From IMG/VR virus record IMGVR_UViG_3300008262_000013: a stretch of 64,000 nt of DNA. The stretch is one strand, 5' to 3'. The notes beneath the pieces were generated by a model. That model was given only the letters and a program-made list of their open reading frames with translations. It had not been told where the DNA came from and ran no database searches. The position numbers and the translations under genes were made by a program. How positions within the stretch are numbered: position 1 is the stretch's first letter; the number at the start of each line of letters is the position of its first letter. Source of the stretch: a virus (taxonomy: Duplodnaviria; Caudoviricetes). This document shows, one piece after another, positions 17,717 through 27,588 of this stretch.

Positions 17717-18534
17717 TGTTACAAGTAATTTTTCCATTTCTAACAGCAATAGCCTTATCTGGTGTTGCTGCCTATTATTCTGTAATAGGATTGGCTCAAA
17801 TATTTCCAGGTTCGTTTTGGCCTATCGTCATCATGGGGTCAACTTTAGAATTGGCAAAATTAGTAACTGTTTCTTGGTTGTATAATAACTGGAACGAAAC
17901 TATACGTTTAATGCGTTATTATTTTTTTGTTGCAGTTTTATTGTTGATGTTGATCACCTCGATGGGCATTTTTGGTTACCTATCGAAGGCACATTTGGAA
18001 ACGAATGTTGTTTTAGGTGCGAATACAGTTCAACTGAAAACATTACAACAACAAGAAAACATTGTTAAAGAACGGCTTGATTACTTACTTAAAAGAGCTG
18101 GTGATCCTGCAACAGCATCAAGAAAAATTGATAAACAAATACAGGAAGCTCAACAAGAATTAAAAGAAATCAACGAAAAGAAATTGCCTTTACTTTCAGA
18201 AGAAAATAAGTTAGCGGCAGAAATTGGTCCCATCAAGTATATTGCCGAGGCTTTATACACAAAAGATGATCCAAATTTCATAGATAAAGCTGTACGTGCA
18301 GTTATAATGATCATTATTGTTGTTTTTGATCCTCTTGCAATTCTTCTTTTGGTAGCTTCAAATCAAACGTATAGAAAATTAAAAGAGAATAAAGAAACTC
18401 CTACTGAAAGCAAAAAGGCAATTAAAAAGAAAAAGATTGACAATTCGACAGCACCTAGTGTAGAATTGTTTACTAAAGATGATAATGAAGTAATACCTAA
18501 ATCAAAGATTGTTAATATTGGAGAAATGCCATGA
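17716..18534 (+). CDS. Membrane-anchored coiled-coil protein
   Basis: Three N-terminal TM segments, coiled coil, C-terminal TM (IIIVVFDPLAILLL); ATG overlaps gp43 stop. Confidence 0.7.
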   Translation: MLQVIFPFLTAIALSGVAAYYSVIGLAQIFPGSFWPIVIMGSTLELAKLVTVSWLYNNWNETIRLMRYYFFVAVLLLMLITSMGIFGYLSKAHLETNVVLGANTVQLKTLQQQENIVKERLDYLLKRAGDPATASRKIDKQIQEAQQELKEINEKKLPLLSEENKLAAEIGPIKYIAEALYTKDDPNFIDKAVRAVIMIIIVVFDPLAILLLVASNQTYRKLKENKETPTESKKAIKKKKIDNSTAPSVELFTKDDNEVIPKSKIVNIGEMP

Positions 18535-19595
18535 GTTTATTGGAAAAATTGAAGAAAAGTTCAACGATAAAAGAGACTTCCATTCTTGCGAAGTCTGAGT
18601 TTTTTACAGAAAAAGATATGATTCGCACTGAAGTGCCAATGATTAATGTGGCACTTTCGGGTTCACTTGATGGTGGACTAACACCAGGTCTTACGATGTT
18701 TGCTGGACCATCGAAACACTTTAAGACAGCATTTGCATTATTAATGGCATCAGCTTATATGAAAAAATATGAAGATGCTGTTGTACTTTTTTACGACTCT
18801 GAATTCGGTACACCACAAAAATATTTTGAAACCTTCAACATTGACACAGACAGAGTTCTACACACACCTATCACTGACGTTGAAGAATTGAAACATGATA
18901 TTATGAATCAATTGCAAAGTATTACTAAGGGTGATAGAGTCATTATTATTCTTGACTCTATCGGCAACTTGGCATCTAAAAAAGAAATTGAAGATTCTTT
19001 AGAAGGCAAATCTGTTGCTGATATGACTAGAGCTAAACAAATGAAATCTTTGTTTAGAATGATAACACCACATTTAACAATCAAAGATATCCCTATGGTT
19101 GTTGTCAATCATACATACAAAGAAATTGGTATGTTCCCGAAAGACATTGTTGGTGGTGGTACAGGTTCTTACTACTCAGCCGATACAATTTGGATTCTTG
19201 GTCGCCAGCAAGAAAAAACCGGAACAGAAATTACTGGATATAACTTTATCATCAACATTGAAAAGTCCAGATATGTTCGTGAAAAATCTAAGATTCCAAT
19301 TACTGTTTCTTTCGATGGTGGTATTCAAAAATATTCTGGTCTACTTGACATTGCACTTGAAGGAAATTTTGTTGCTAAACCTTCAAATGGTTGGTATGCA
19401 AAAGTTGACCGAGAAACTGGTGAAATAATGGACAAAGTTCGATTTGCAGATACACAGACAAGAGAATTTTGGTCTGATATTCTTACGAATGAATCCTTTA
19501 AAGAATATGTGAGAAAGAGATATGAAATCACTTATAGCAGCATTTTGGGAGATGATAACGAATCTCCTGAATTCCAATCAGACGAAGCGGCCTGA
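18531..19595 (+). CDS. uvsX: UvsX RecA-like recombinase
   Basis: INVALSG, AGPSKHFKT, YDSEFG, DSIGNLAS, VGGGTG. Confidence 0.96.
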   Translation: MSLLEKLKKSSTIKETSILAKSEFFTEKDMIRTEVPMINVALSGSLDGGLTPGLTMFAGPSKHFKTAFALLMASAYMKKYEDAVVLFYDSEFGTPQKYFETFNIDTDRVLHTPITDVEELKHDIMNQLQSITKGDRVIIILDSIGNLASKKEIEDSLEGKSVADMTRAKQMKSLFRMITPHLTIKDIPMVVVNHTYKEIGMFPKDIVGGGTGSYYSADTIWILGRQQEKTGTEITGYNFIINIEKSRYVREKSKIPITVSFDGGIQKYSGLLDIALEGNFVAKPSNGWYAKVDRETGEIMDKVRFADTQTREFWSDILTNESFKEYVRKRYEITYSSILGDDNESPEFQSDEAA

Positions 19596-19887
19596 GTACT
19601 CGGTAGATTACCGAGATGAAAACACCTATTTTACCATACTCAGTGGTAAATATCAAAATGTAACTGTCACCTACTCGCAAACCCAATTCTTTGAAGATGA
19701 GGGTTTTGCGAGGTTAAAATTCAATTACCATGTGATTGAATTCGCAAATTTTACCGAAGAACACTTGACAGACAATCAAGAATTTGTTATAATAATAGGT
19801 GATATACTCCAAGACTATCTTTTAATTGAGGCAAAAAAACTTGAAACAACTAGAAAACGTCATTCTGAAGAACTTGATTTTCAATGA
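19522..19887 (+). CDS. Hypothetical protein between uvsX and gp41 (start uncertain)
   Basis: ORF overlapping both neighbours. Confidence 0.6.
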   Translation: MKSLIAAFWEMITNLLNSNQTKRPEYSVDYRDENTYFTILSGKYQNVTVTYSQTQFFEDEGFARLKFNYHVIEFANFTEEHLTDNQEFVIIIGDILQDYLLIEAKKLETTRKRHSEELDFQ

Positions 19888-21247
19888 GGACTATACAAGA
19901 AAAGTATTGCCGTTCATTAAAGATGAATATTTCTCCGAAAATAATCAACGCAAATTTTTCAGAGAAATAAAAACGTATGTTGAAGAATACAAAAATCTTC
20001 CAACATATGAATCTCTTTTAATTGATTTTACCGAATCAAAAAAACTCACACAAGTTGAAGTGAATGGTTGTGTTGATTTGCTTCGTGAGTTGAATAGTGA
20101 TAAGAATGAAAAGTCGGAAATGGATTGGTTGATTGATCAGACTGAAAAGTTTTGTCAAGATAAAGCCATCTATAATGCAATCATGAACTCTGTTTCTATT
20201 CTTGATAAAAATGGTGAAGATAACAAATCAAAAGGTGAGATACCAAAACTTCTAAGTGATGCATTGGCAGTTTCTTTTGATAATCATATTGGTCACGATT
20301 ATGTAAATGATTCTGATGCTCGATTTGATTTCTATCATAAACAAGAGACAAAGTTACCATTTGATCTAGACCTGTTCAACAAGATCACTAAAGGTGGTCT
20401 TCCAATCAAAACTCTTAACATTGCACTTGCTGGTACTGGTGTTGGTAAATCTTTGTTTATGTGTCACGTTGCGGCTTCTTGTTTATCTCAAGGTAAAAAT
20501 GTATTGTACATTACACTTGAAATGGCTGAAGAAAAGATTGCTGAACGTATTGATGCGAATCTTTTGAATGTCAGTATGGATGAACTAAAGACAATGACGA
20601 AGGATGATTATGAAAGAAAGTTTAATCATCTAAAAACCAAACTCAATGGTAAATTAATTATCAAAGAATATCCAACGGCAGCTGCATCATCGTTGCACTT
20701 CAGAGCCTTGTTGAATGAACTTCATTTGAAAAAGAGTTTTAAACCAGATATTGTCTTTATTGATTATCTGAATATTTGTGCATCATCCAGAATTAAACCT
20801 GGTGCAAATGTAAACAGTTATTCTTATATCAAAGCGATTGCTGAAGAACTAAGAGGTCTTGCTGTTGAGTTTGCTGTGCCAATTGTTTCTGCGACACAAA
20901 CAACTCGTTCTGGTTTTACAAACACCGATCCTGGTCTTGAAGATACTTCAGAGTCTTTTGGTCTGCCTGCTACTGCTGACTTTATGTTTGCACTTATCAG
21001 TACAGAAGAACTAGAACAATTAAATCAAATTATGGTGAAGCAATTGAAGAATCGTTATGGTGATCCGAATTCATTTAAACGATTTGTTATTGGTATTGAT
21101 AGATCGAAAATGAAATTGTATGATGCTGAACCTGATGCACAAAGTGGTCTTGCTGATTCCGGACAACCTGATGATAGTCCTCCATTAAACACATTTGGTA
21201 ATCGTGAAAGTAAATTTAATAAAAATTTCGGTGGTTTAAAAGTATGA
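19841..21247 (+). CDS. gp41: Replicative helicase gp41 (TTG start inferred)
   Basis: AGTGVGKS, YITLEM, IKEYPT, FIDYLN, TQTTRSG, QLKNRY. Confidence 0.96.
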   Translation: MKQLENVILKNLIFNEDYTRKVLPFIKDEYFSENNQRKFFREIKTYVEEYKNLPTYESLLIDFTESKKLTQVEVNGCVDLLRELNSDKNEKSEMDWLIDQTEKFCQDKAIYNAIMNSVSILDKNGEDNKSKGEIPKLLSDALAVSFDNHIGHDYVNDSDARFDFYHKQETKLPFDLDLFNKITKGGLPIKTLNIALAGTGVGKSLFMCHVAASCLSQGKNVLYITLEMAEEKIAERIDANLLNVSMDELKTMTKDDYERKFNHLKTKLNGKLIIKEYPTAAASSLHFRALLNELHLKKSFKPDIVFIDYLNICASSRIKPGANVNSYSYIKAIAEELRGLAVEFAVPIVSATQTTRSGFTNTDPGLEDTSESFGLPATADFMFALISTEELEQLNQIMVKQLKNRYGDPNSFKRFVIGIDRSKMKLYDAEPDAQSGLADSGQPDDSPPLNTFGNRESKFNKNFGGLKV

Positions 21248-21606
21248 AAATAATGTCGCTCGACCAAATACTTTTTGCTTGTTCAACAACTATCGTTCTA
21301 GTTGCAATAGTTTATCATCATGCAGGATTTAAAAATATAAAAGACTGTTATAGAATGTGGCTTACGAAAGAATATTGGACAAACTACAATATTGTAGAAT
21401 TCGCCAGTTGGTTTACAAAAGCAATCATTATTATTCCAGGACTCATATTTGGCATTCAAATATGGTGGCTTTATTTTTTCACATTACTTACAAGTTTAAC
21501 TTTGATTTGGGCTAGCAACAAAAAATTACTACCAACATTAGTTGCCTTTAATACCATGTGGTCTTGGTTAAGTTTGATGGTATTGTCACAACATTTGATA
21601 AATTAA
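21244..21606 (+). CDS. Multi-pass membrane protein
   Basis: Several hydrophobic helices. Confidence 0.65.
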   Translation: MKIMSLDQILFACSTTIVLVAIVYHHAGFKNIKDCYRMWLTKEYWTNYNIVEFASWFTKAIIIIPGLIFGIQIWWLYFFTLLTSLTLIWASNKKLLPTLVAFNTMWSWLSLMVLSQHLIN

Positions 21607-21608
21607 AA

Positions 21609-22724
21609 ATGAATCTAACTAAAGAACAAGCTGTTTATTGTGCGAGTGTTTTCTCGGACTACTTTGATCGGTTTTCCAGAATTGATGAGTACATGCGAGA
21701 ACAGAAATTAAATTCAATGGCCGAAAGGCCATTTGTTTTGCCTGGTATGGGACCTGAAGAAGATTTGTTTACAGACTTCAATATGTCTCCTGCTGATATG
21801 GAATTCGAAGTGATGGAATTGCCACAAGAAAGGTGGGACATTTATTTGAATATGATTTCTTCTCATTCAAATATGACTAGTATACCTGGCCGTTGTTTGA
21901 GACTTGCTGTGTTGGAAAAGAAAACAAATAAGTGGGTTGGTTTCATTCGCCTTGGTTCACCAGTGATTAACTGTAAACCGAGAAATGAAATGTTGGGTCA
22001 AGTGTTCACACAAATTGATGGTGGCGCACAGATGTTTAATCGTTGTGCTATTATGGGTTTTGTAATTGTGCCAGCACAGCCATTTGGTTATAATTATCTT
22101 GGTGGTAAGTTGATGGCTGCGATATGTACAACACATGAAGTTCGTGAAATGTTGGACAAGAAATATAATATGACAACTTGTTTATTTGAAACAACAAGTT
22201 TGTATGGCTCTACAAAAGCAGTCTCTCAATATGATGGTATGAAACCACTCATTCGTCATAAAGGTTTAACAGATAGTGATTTTCTTCCGATGTTACATGG
22301 TGAGACATATACTAACCTGAAAGAGTATATCGAAAATATTATTGGTGAACCACTGGCACCAGAAGGTGCATCAAGTCGAAAGTTGAAAATATCAAACGCC
22401 ATGGTATCACTCATTAACGTTTCTCTAAGAGGAACACCAGAAGGTGATAAGTTTAAACGAACGATTGAAAATGCAAAGAATCTGAATGAACAGAAACGAT
22501 ATTATGTTTCAGATTATGGCTTCAGTAATATGGTTGATTATGTTAATGGAAAAACAACTAAACTGGTTGCTGGTGAAAACTATGAGAAGTTTCATCTGGA
22601 GAATGTAATTGAGTGGTGGAGAAAGAAAGCTGTTAATCGTTATGAAACACTAAAGACAGAAAACAGACTCAGAACTGAAATAGAGGTCTGGACAGGCGAA
22701 AAAGAGATTGACATCATTCGGTAA
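21609..22724 (+). CDS. Second DUF4338/DruA-like (GNAT-like) protein
   Basis: PGRCLRLAV..WVGFIRLGSP..FVIVPAQPFGYNYLGGKLMAAIC..FETTSLYG..SQYDG; aligns by eye with 547..1830. Confidence 0.65.
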   Translation: MNLTKEQAVYCASVFSDYFDRFSRIDEYMREQKLNSMAERPFVLPGMGPEEDLFTDFNMSPADMEFEVMELPQERWDIYLNMISSHSNMTSIPGRCLRLAVLEKKTNKWVGFIRLGSPVINCKPRNEMLGQVFTQIDGGAQMFNRCAIMGFVIVPAQPFGYNYLGGKLMAAICTTHEVREMLDKKYNMTTCLFETTSLYGSTKAVSQYDGMKPLIRHKGLTDSDFLPMLHGETYTNLKEYIENIIGEPLAPEGASSRKLKISNAMVSLINVSLRGTPEGDKFKRTIENAKNLNEQKRYYVSDYGFSNMVDYVNGKTTKLVAGENYEKFHLENVIEWWRKKAVNRYETLKTENRLRTEIEVWTGEKEIDIIR

Positions 22725-22733
22725 CCGTGTTAG

Positions 22734-22761
22734 GATAAATACTCCTAAAACTACTAGGAGT
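22734..22761 (+). promoter_or_regulatory. Late promoter (GATAAATA) overlapping an RBS-sequestering hairpin
   Basis: GATAAATA 22734-41; ACTCCTA(22741-47)/TAGGAGT(22755-61) stem contains the AGGAG of the next gene. Confidence 0.7.
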
Positions 22762-22766
22762 ATTAG

Positions 22767-23831
22767 ATGGCTGATGGAATTTCAGGTGCAGGTGCAGAGA
22801 TTACAGCTCTCGCGGAGAGTTTACAAGCTTATGCATGTGCTACGAGACAATTCATTGGTAAACCACTAACCGATGTTACAGAAATAACTAATAAAACAAT
22901 TGGTGATGCTGAGTGTGATAGACCATTGGATAAATGTTTAAAAGGTTTAAATGCAAATTGGTATCACAGTGTCATAACTACAGCCAATGAAATTTTTAAA
23001 GATGTCAAACCTCAAGGTAAATATATGTTTTACCGTGGTGGAAAATTAGTCGGCGACATTTATAAAGAGTTCGGAAAATTTAGAAAAGAAAGTGGTTTAT
23101 CTGGAGATGATAAATGGAATCCTGCTGACATTTGGATGGCAAAAAAAGGATTTAAATTTGAAAAAGACTGGTCAACACTTAGAGACTATAATCGATATAT
23201 CTATGATGAATTTGCACATAAGAATCTAATTGGAATTTCTTTGAAGTTGGTACCAAAAGGTGATGCACATTCTAAAATATTTAATGATGGTAAACCTCTC
23301 ATCGCAGAATGGAATGGGTACAAAATTAGTGATGATATGTTTAGTTCAAAAGACATATATCTGAAATATAAATCAGAAGGTAAAGAAGGTGAAATACAAC
23401 TTAGAAATTTCTCAAGTCGTCCGGTTACAAGTTCTTGGCAAGGAGAAATTAAAGGTAAAACAGCAGCAGGTGGAAAAATTGGTGGTGGCATTGTAATGAC
23501 TGCTGCATTAGAATCTGGGATACCAAGAACTAAACTAATGATACCTTCGTCTTTCGGTACTCATATTGAAAAACCTAATGATAAGATTCTAAAAGAATTT
23601 GCTACAATGTTTAAAGAATTAAGTAAAAGTAAAAAATCAGTAAAAGATTTAATGACTGAAGCTATGATTTGTCAAAAGAAAGATAAGACTTGGTGGATGT
23701 CAAAATTTTTAGGCATACATTATGTTTATACCATTATAAACGAAAAAAAAGAAAATGAAGTTGTTAAATGGTTGTTTGAATATGGATCATCAGCAACTAA
23801 GAACAGTAGTATTTTTATAAAGTATAGCTAA
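22767..23831 (+). CDS. Putative PD-(D/E)xK restriction-endonuclease-fold protein
   Basis: DKWNPADIW....LIGISLK motif spacing; no recognisable family name. Confidence 0.5.
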   Translation: MADGISGAGAEITALAESLQAYACATRQFIGKPLTDVTEITNKTIGDAECDRPLDKCLKGLNANWYHSVITTANEIFKDVKPQGKYMFYRGGKLVGDIYKEFGKFRKESGLSGDDKWNPADIWMAKKGFKFEKDWSTLRDYNRYIYDEFAHKNLIGISLKLVPKGDAHSKIFNDGKPLIAEWNGYKISDDMFSSKDIYLKYKSEGKEGEIQLRNFSSRPVTSSWQGEIKGKTAAGGKIGGGIVMTAALESGIPRTKLMIPSSFGTHIEKPNDKILKEFATMFKELSKSKKSVKDLMTEAMICQKKDKTWWMSKFLGIHYVYTIINEKKENEVVKWLFEYGSSATKNSSIFIKYS

Positions 23832-25063
23832 TGAAATTCTCAGAATATTTAACCGAATCTAAGAAAGAAGGAGCTAACCTTCACTTAGAACATTTAGAAG
23901 ATAATGTATTAAACAGAGGCATAAAAGGTGCAAGAGAGTCAATTGATTTTCTCCGTGCATTGCGTGATATGTTAGCAGGTCATTCTCAATCCAAAGTGAA
24001 TGTTACTACAAAATGGGATGGTGCTCCTGCTGTAATTTGTGGTACTAATCCAGAAAATGGAAAGTTTTTCGTCGGCACAAAATCAGTTTTTAATAAAGAA
24101 GGTAAATTAAATTATACTGATGATGATATTGATAAGAATCATCCTGGTGGAGGACTAAATGAAAAATTAAAAACAGCACTTGCTTTTCTTTCAAAGTTAG
24201 AAATTAAAGGTATATTACAAGGTGACATGTTATTCACTAAAGGTGATATACAAAAACAAAGTATAGACGGCGAATCATATATTACATTTCAGCCTAATAC
24301 AATTGTTTATGCTGTGCCTACTGATTCTGTTATGGCTTCAAAAATGATGGCAGCTCAAATGGGTATCGTGTTTCATACATCGTATTCTGGTAGAACCATG
24401 GATACATTGAAGGCCTCTTTTAATATTGATATTGGTAATTTAAAACAAACTAAAGATGTTTGGTTTAGAGATGCTTCATTTGTTGATGCCTCTGGTACTG
24501 CAACATTTACTGAAACAGAAACTAAGTTAATTACGAATGTTCTATCTCAAGCAGGCAGAGTATTTCAAACAATCAATCCTCTAGTTCTAAATAGAATATC
24601 TTCTTCAGATATTTTAAATACACAAATTAAAACATTTAATAATACGAAAGTCAGAGCAGGTCAAAAAATAACTAACACTCGAACACATGTTACAGAATTG
24701 ATTCGTTGGGTAGAAGATAGGTTGAATAAAGAAATTCTTGCTGCAAAGAAAGAAGATACGAGGAAAAAAAGAATCGCAGAAAAATCTGAACTGATTAGAT
24801 TTTACAGAAGTAGTGCATCTCAACTTGCGGCAATTTTTGACTTAATGAACTTAATTGTAGACGCCAAGATAATGATAGTCAGAAAATTAGAATCTATAAA
24901 ATCTTCAGTAAGTACTTTTGTAAATACTGAAGATGGTTTCAAAGTTACTGGTCCAGAAGGTTTTGTTGCAGTAGATAGATTAAGTGGTGGTGCATTGAAA
25001 CTTATCGATAGAATGGAATTTTCGCAACAAAACTTTAATGCCGCAAAGAATTGGAGTAAATAA
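23831..25063 (+). CDS. DUF6267-like ligase/capping-family nucleotidyltransferase with capsid-targeting-like leader
   Basis: MKFSEYLTE leader; TTKWDGAP (KxDG motif I), QGDMLF, EGFVAV, ALKLIDR. Confidence 0.6.
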   Translation: MKFSEYLTESKKEGANLHLEHLEDNVLNRGIKGARESIDFLRALRDMLAGHSQSKVNVTTKWDGAPAVICGTNPENGKFFVGTKSVFNKEGKLNYTDDDIDKNHPGGGLNEKLKTALAFLSKLEIKGILQGDMLFTKGDIQKQSIDGESYITFQPNTIVYAVPTDSVMASKMMAAQMGIVFHTSYSGRTMDTLKASFNIDIGNLKQTKDVWFRDASFVDASGTATFTETETKLITNVLSQAGRVFQTINPLVLNRISSSDILNTQIKTFNNTKVRAGQKITNTRTHVTELIRWVEDRLNKEILAAKKEDTRKKRIAEKSELIRFYRSSASQLAAIFDLMNLIVDAKIMIVRKLESIKSSVSTFVNTEDGFKVTGPEGFVAVDRLSGGALKLIDRMEFSQQNFNAAKNWSK

Positions 25064-25335
25064 TGGCTTATGATTTAAATAAAATACTGCAAGAGTATGG
25101 TGATGATGACTTTGGTTTTTCTGCCGTATCTGAAGAAGAATATAATGCGGTCATAAATGAGAAGGCTGATACTGCCGAAGAATTTCAAGCAAGACTTCAA
25201 CAGGTAGAAAAATTAGTATTACCTTTTTTCACTAAGTTGTTACAGACCGCGGATAAAGAATACATATATTGGCCAAATAGAAAAAAATTGGTCGAAGATC
25301 AAATACAAAAGATTTTAAAACTAACAAGAGGATAA
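25063..25335 (+). CDS. Hypothetical protein
   Basis: Coupled ORF; DDFGFSAVSEEE, YIYWPNR. Confidence 0.65.
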   Translation: MAYDLNKILQEYGDDDFGFSAVSEEEYNAVINEKADTAEEFQARLQQVEKLVLPFFTKLLQTADKEYIYWPNRKKLVEDQIQKILKLTRG

Positions 25336-25346
25336 AGGAGACTAAC

Positions 25347-25469
25347 ATGTTAGAGACACTTTTCTGGTTACTAATTGGAGCATTTATTGGTTGGAATTTT
25401 CCGCAACCACAGTTTGCAAAAAATTTGCAGGCGAAAGTAATGGGAATGTTTAAAAAAACTGGTGAATAA
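25347..25469 (+). CDS. Small membrane protein (40 aa, not in ORF track)
   Basis: AAGGAG RBS; MLETLFWLLIGAFIGWNFPQPQFAK. Confidence 0.65.
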   Translation: MLETLFWLLIGAFIGWNFPQPQFAKNLQAKVMGMFKKTGE

Positions 25470-25471
25470 AA

Positions 25472-25861
25472 ATGGCTTATTCTAGTCAATTGATGGATCA
25501 CTATGAGAATCCACGAAACGTAGGAAAGTTAGATACAAGTGACACGACTGTTGGTACAGGATTAGTTGGTGCGCCAGCTTGCGGTGACGTTTTAAAGTTG
25601 CAAATTAAAGTTGATGACGGAGTAATTACTGATGCGAAATTTAAGACGTATGGTTGTGGCTCGGCGATTGCATCGTCGTCGCTTGTCACCGAGTGGGTTA
25701 AAGGCAAGACAATTGATGAAGCGATGGCGATCAAGAATACCCAAATTGCTGAGGAACTTGCATTACCACCAGTCAAAATTCATTGTTCGATTCTGGCGGA
25801 AGATGCAATCAAAGCAGCTATAAAAGATTATAAAGATAAAAATTTAGCAAAGGCAGCTTGA
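25472..25861 (+). CDS. iscU: Fe-S cluster scaffold IscU
   Basis: DHYENPRNVG, GAPACGD, GCGSAIAS, LPPVKIHCS. Confidence 0.97.
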   Translation: MAYSSQLMDHYENPRNVGKLDTSDTTVGTGLVGAPACGDVLKLQIKVDDGVITDAKFKTYGCGSAIASSSLVTEWVKGKTIDEAMAIKNTQIAEELALPPVKIHCSILAEDAIKAAIKDYKDKNLAKAA

Positions 25862-26736
25862 TGTTAAAACAAGTAGATGGTAAGTGGGCTTTAGTTTCTA
25901 AAAAAACACAGAGACCACTTGCTTATTACAGAGGTGAGGGTAAACCTTCTGACGAATGGGTTAGGAAACAAGAATCAAGAATTCAAATATTCAAGTCGAT
26001 GAATGAACAAAAAGATTCTACGAAGTCTGGTTCTGGTTTAACTATATTCGATATTGATGACACACTCTTTCATACAACTGCTAAGATTGCTGTGAAGAAA
26101 GATGGTAAAGTTGTTCGTGAATTAAATAATCAAGAATTTAATACCTATCAATTAAAGAAAGGTGAAGAATTTGATTATCGCCAATTTCGTGATGCAAAAA
26201 AGTTTAAAGAAGAATCAAAGCCTATTGCCAAAATGTTTGCTAAGGCAAAAGCAATACTCCGTAATGTTGTAAATAAACCGGGTAGTCAGATGATTATTTT
26301 GACTGCACGTAATGATTTTGATGACAAAGAAACATTTTTGGATACATTCAGGCAATATGGTTTAGATATAAACAAGGTAAGAGTCGAACGTGCAGGCAAA
26401 TTAACAAAGTTGTCGCCAGCGCACGCTAAGTATGTTATAATATATAATTATTTAAAACAAGGTAAATTTTCCCACGTTCGTTTATTCGATGATAGTATGG
26501 CAAACCTAAAAGAATTTTTACGTTTGAAAAAAGATTTTACAGACGTAACATTTGAGGCATATTTTGCGAAACCAGATGGTTCAGTGGAAAGAATCGGTGG
26601 TATAAATGAAGAACAAGAGTTTGTTTCTAAGGCTGGCGCAGGAGAATGGGGTAGACCAGAACTAACACGTAAATATATAGAAGATACACCAGGACAAAAG
26701 GTTCAGAGGTTTAAGAAATACATAAAGAATATATAA
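25861..26736 (+). CDS. Polyprotein containing a HAD phosphatase (PNKP/SAK-like)
   Basis: IFDIDDTL, ILTAR, LFDDS; small flanking modules separated by MNE and INEE. Confidence 0.7.
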   Translation: MLKQVDGKWALVSKKTQRPLAYYRGEGKPSDEWVRKQESRIQIFKSMNEQKDSTKSGSGLTIFDIDDTLFHTTAKIAVKKDGKVVRELNNQEFNTYQLKKGEEFDYRQFRDAKKFKEESKPIAKMFAKAKAILRNVVNKPGSQMIILTARNDFDDKETFLDTFRQYGLDINKVRVERAGKLTKLSPAHAKYVIIYNYLKQGKFSHVRLFDDSMANLKEFLRLKKDFTDVTFEAYFAKPDGSVERIGGINEEQEFVSKAGAGEWGRPELTRKYIEDTPGQKVQRFKKYIKNI

Positions 26737-26754
26737 TTTTTTTGGAGAATGTGA

Positions 26755-27588
26755 ATGAGAGATTTGATTATAGGATGTTCCACCAACTACGATTGGTCCA
26801 AATTAAAATATTGGATCAACTCTATCAATAAATCCGGATTTCAGGGTGATAAGGTCATGATTCTTATGAATTGTGACAAAGATACAGTAAATAAAGTTGT
26901 TGAATCCGGATTCAATGTTATAGGTTTCAAAAAAGACGAAGAAGGTAATTTAACATATTCCTCTAATATGCCAGTGCATACTGAAAGATTTTTGCACATA
27001 TACAACTATCTAAAAGATAAGGACTATCGATACGTAATTACTACTGATGTTAAAGATGTAGTCTTTCAAAAAAATCCTATTGAATTTTTGGAAAAGGAAT
27101 GTGTCAATAAAAATTTACTTTTTGCTTCGGAAAGTATTCGATACAAAGATGAACCATGGGGTGATCAAAACTTAAAAGAAACTTTTGGTCCTTACATTTA
27201 TGAACAGTTTAAAAATAATGAGATATTCAATGTGGGTGTTTTGGCTGGACATGGATATGCTATTCGTGATTTAGCACTAAACATTTTTGTTTCTTGTTTG
27301 AATCGTCCAATTCCTATTTGTGACCAATCAACCTTCAACTTTATGATTAGTCAAAATCCCTACACTTCATTGAGTAAGTATACTCGTTCTGAAGAAGGCT
27401 GGGCAGCACAGTTAGGTACAACAGGAGATCCATCAAAAGCATTACAATTTGATCCTGTTTTATTGGAAGCCAAACCTAAACTACAAGATGGAATTGTAAC
27501 GACATCTGAAGGAAAACAATTTTATATTGTACACCAGTACGATAGAGTACCTGAAATGAAAAATACATTGGAGAAAAAATATGAGTGA
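26755..27588 (+). CDS. Glycosyltransferase-like protein
   Basis: ITTDVKDVVFQ (DxxD), FNVGVLAG, DQSTFN, VHQYDR. Confidence 0.6.
   Translation: MRDLIIGCSTNYDWSKLKYWINSINKSGFQGDKVMILMNCDKDTVNKVVESGFNVIGFKKDEEGNLTYSSNMPVHTERFLHIYNYLKDKDYRYVITTDVKDVVFQKNPIEFLEKECVNKNLLFASESIRYKDEPWGDQNLKETFGPYIYEQFKNNEIFNVGVLAGHGYAIRDLALNIFVSCLNRPIPICDQSTFNFMISQNPYTSLSKYTRSEEGWAAQLGTTGDPSKALQFDPVLLEAKPKLQDGIVTTSEGKQFYIVHQYDRVPEMKNTLEKKYE

Noticed and set aside
547-22724. Druantia defence system
   Set aside because: Only DruA-like genes, 20 kb apart; no DruE helicase or other Dru genes in the window.
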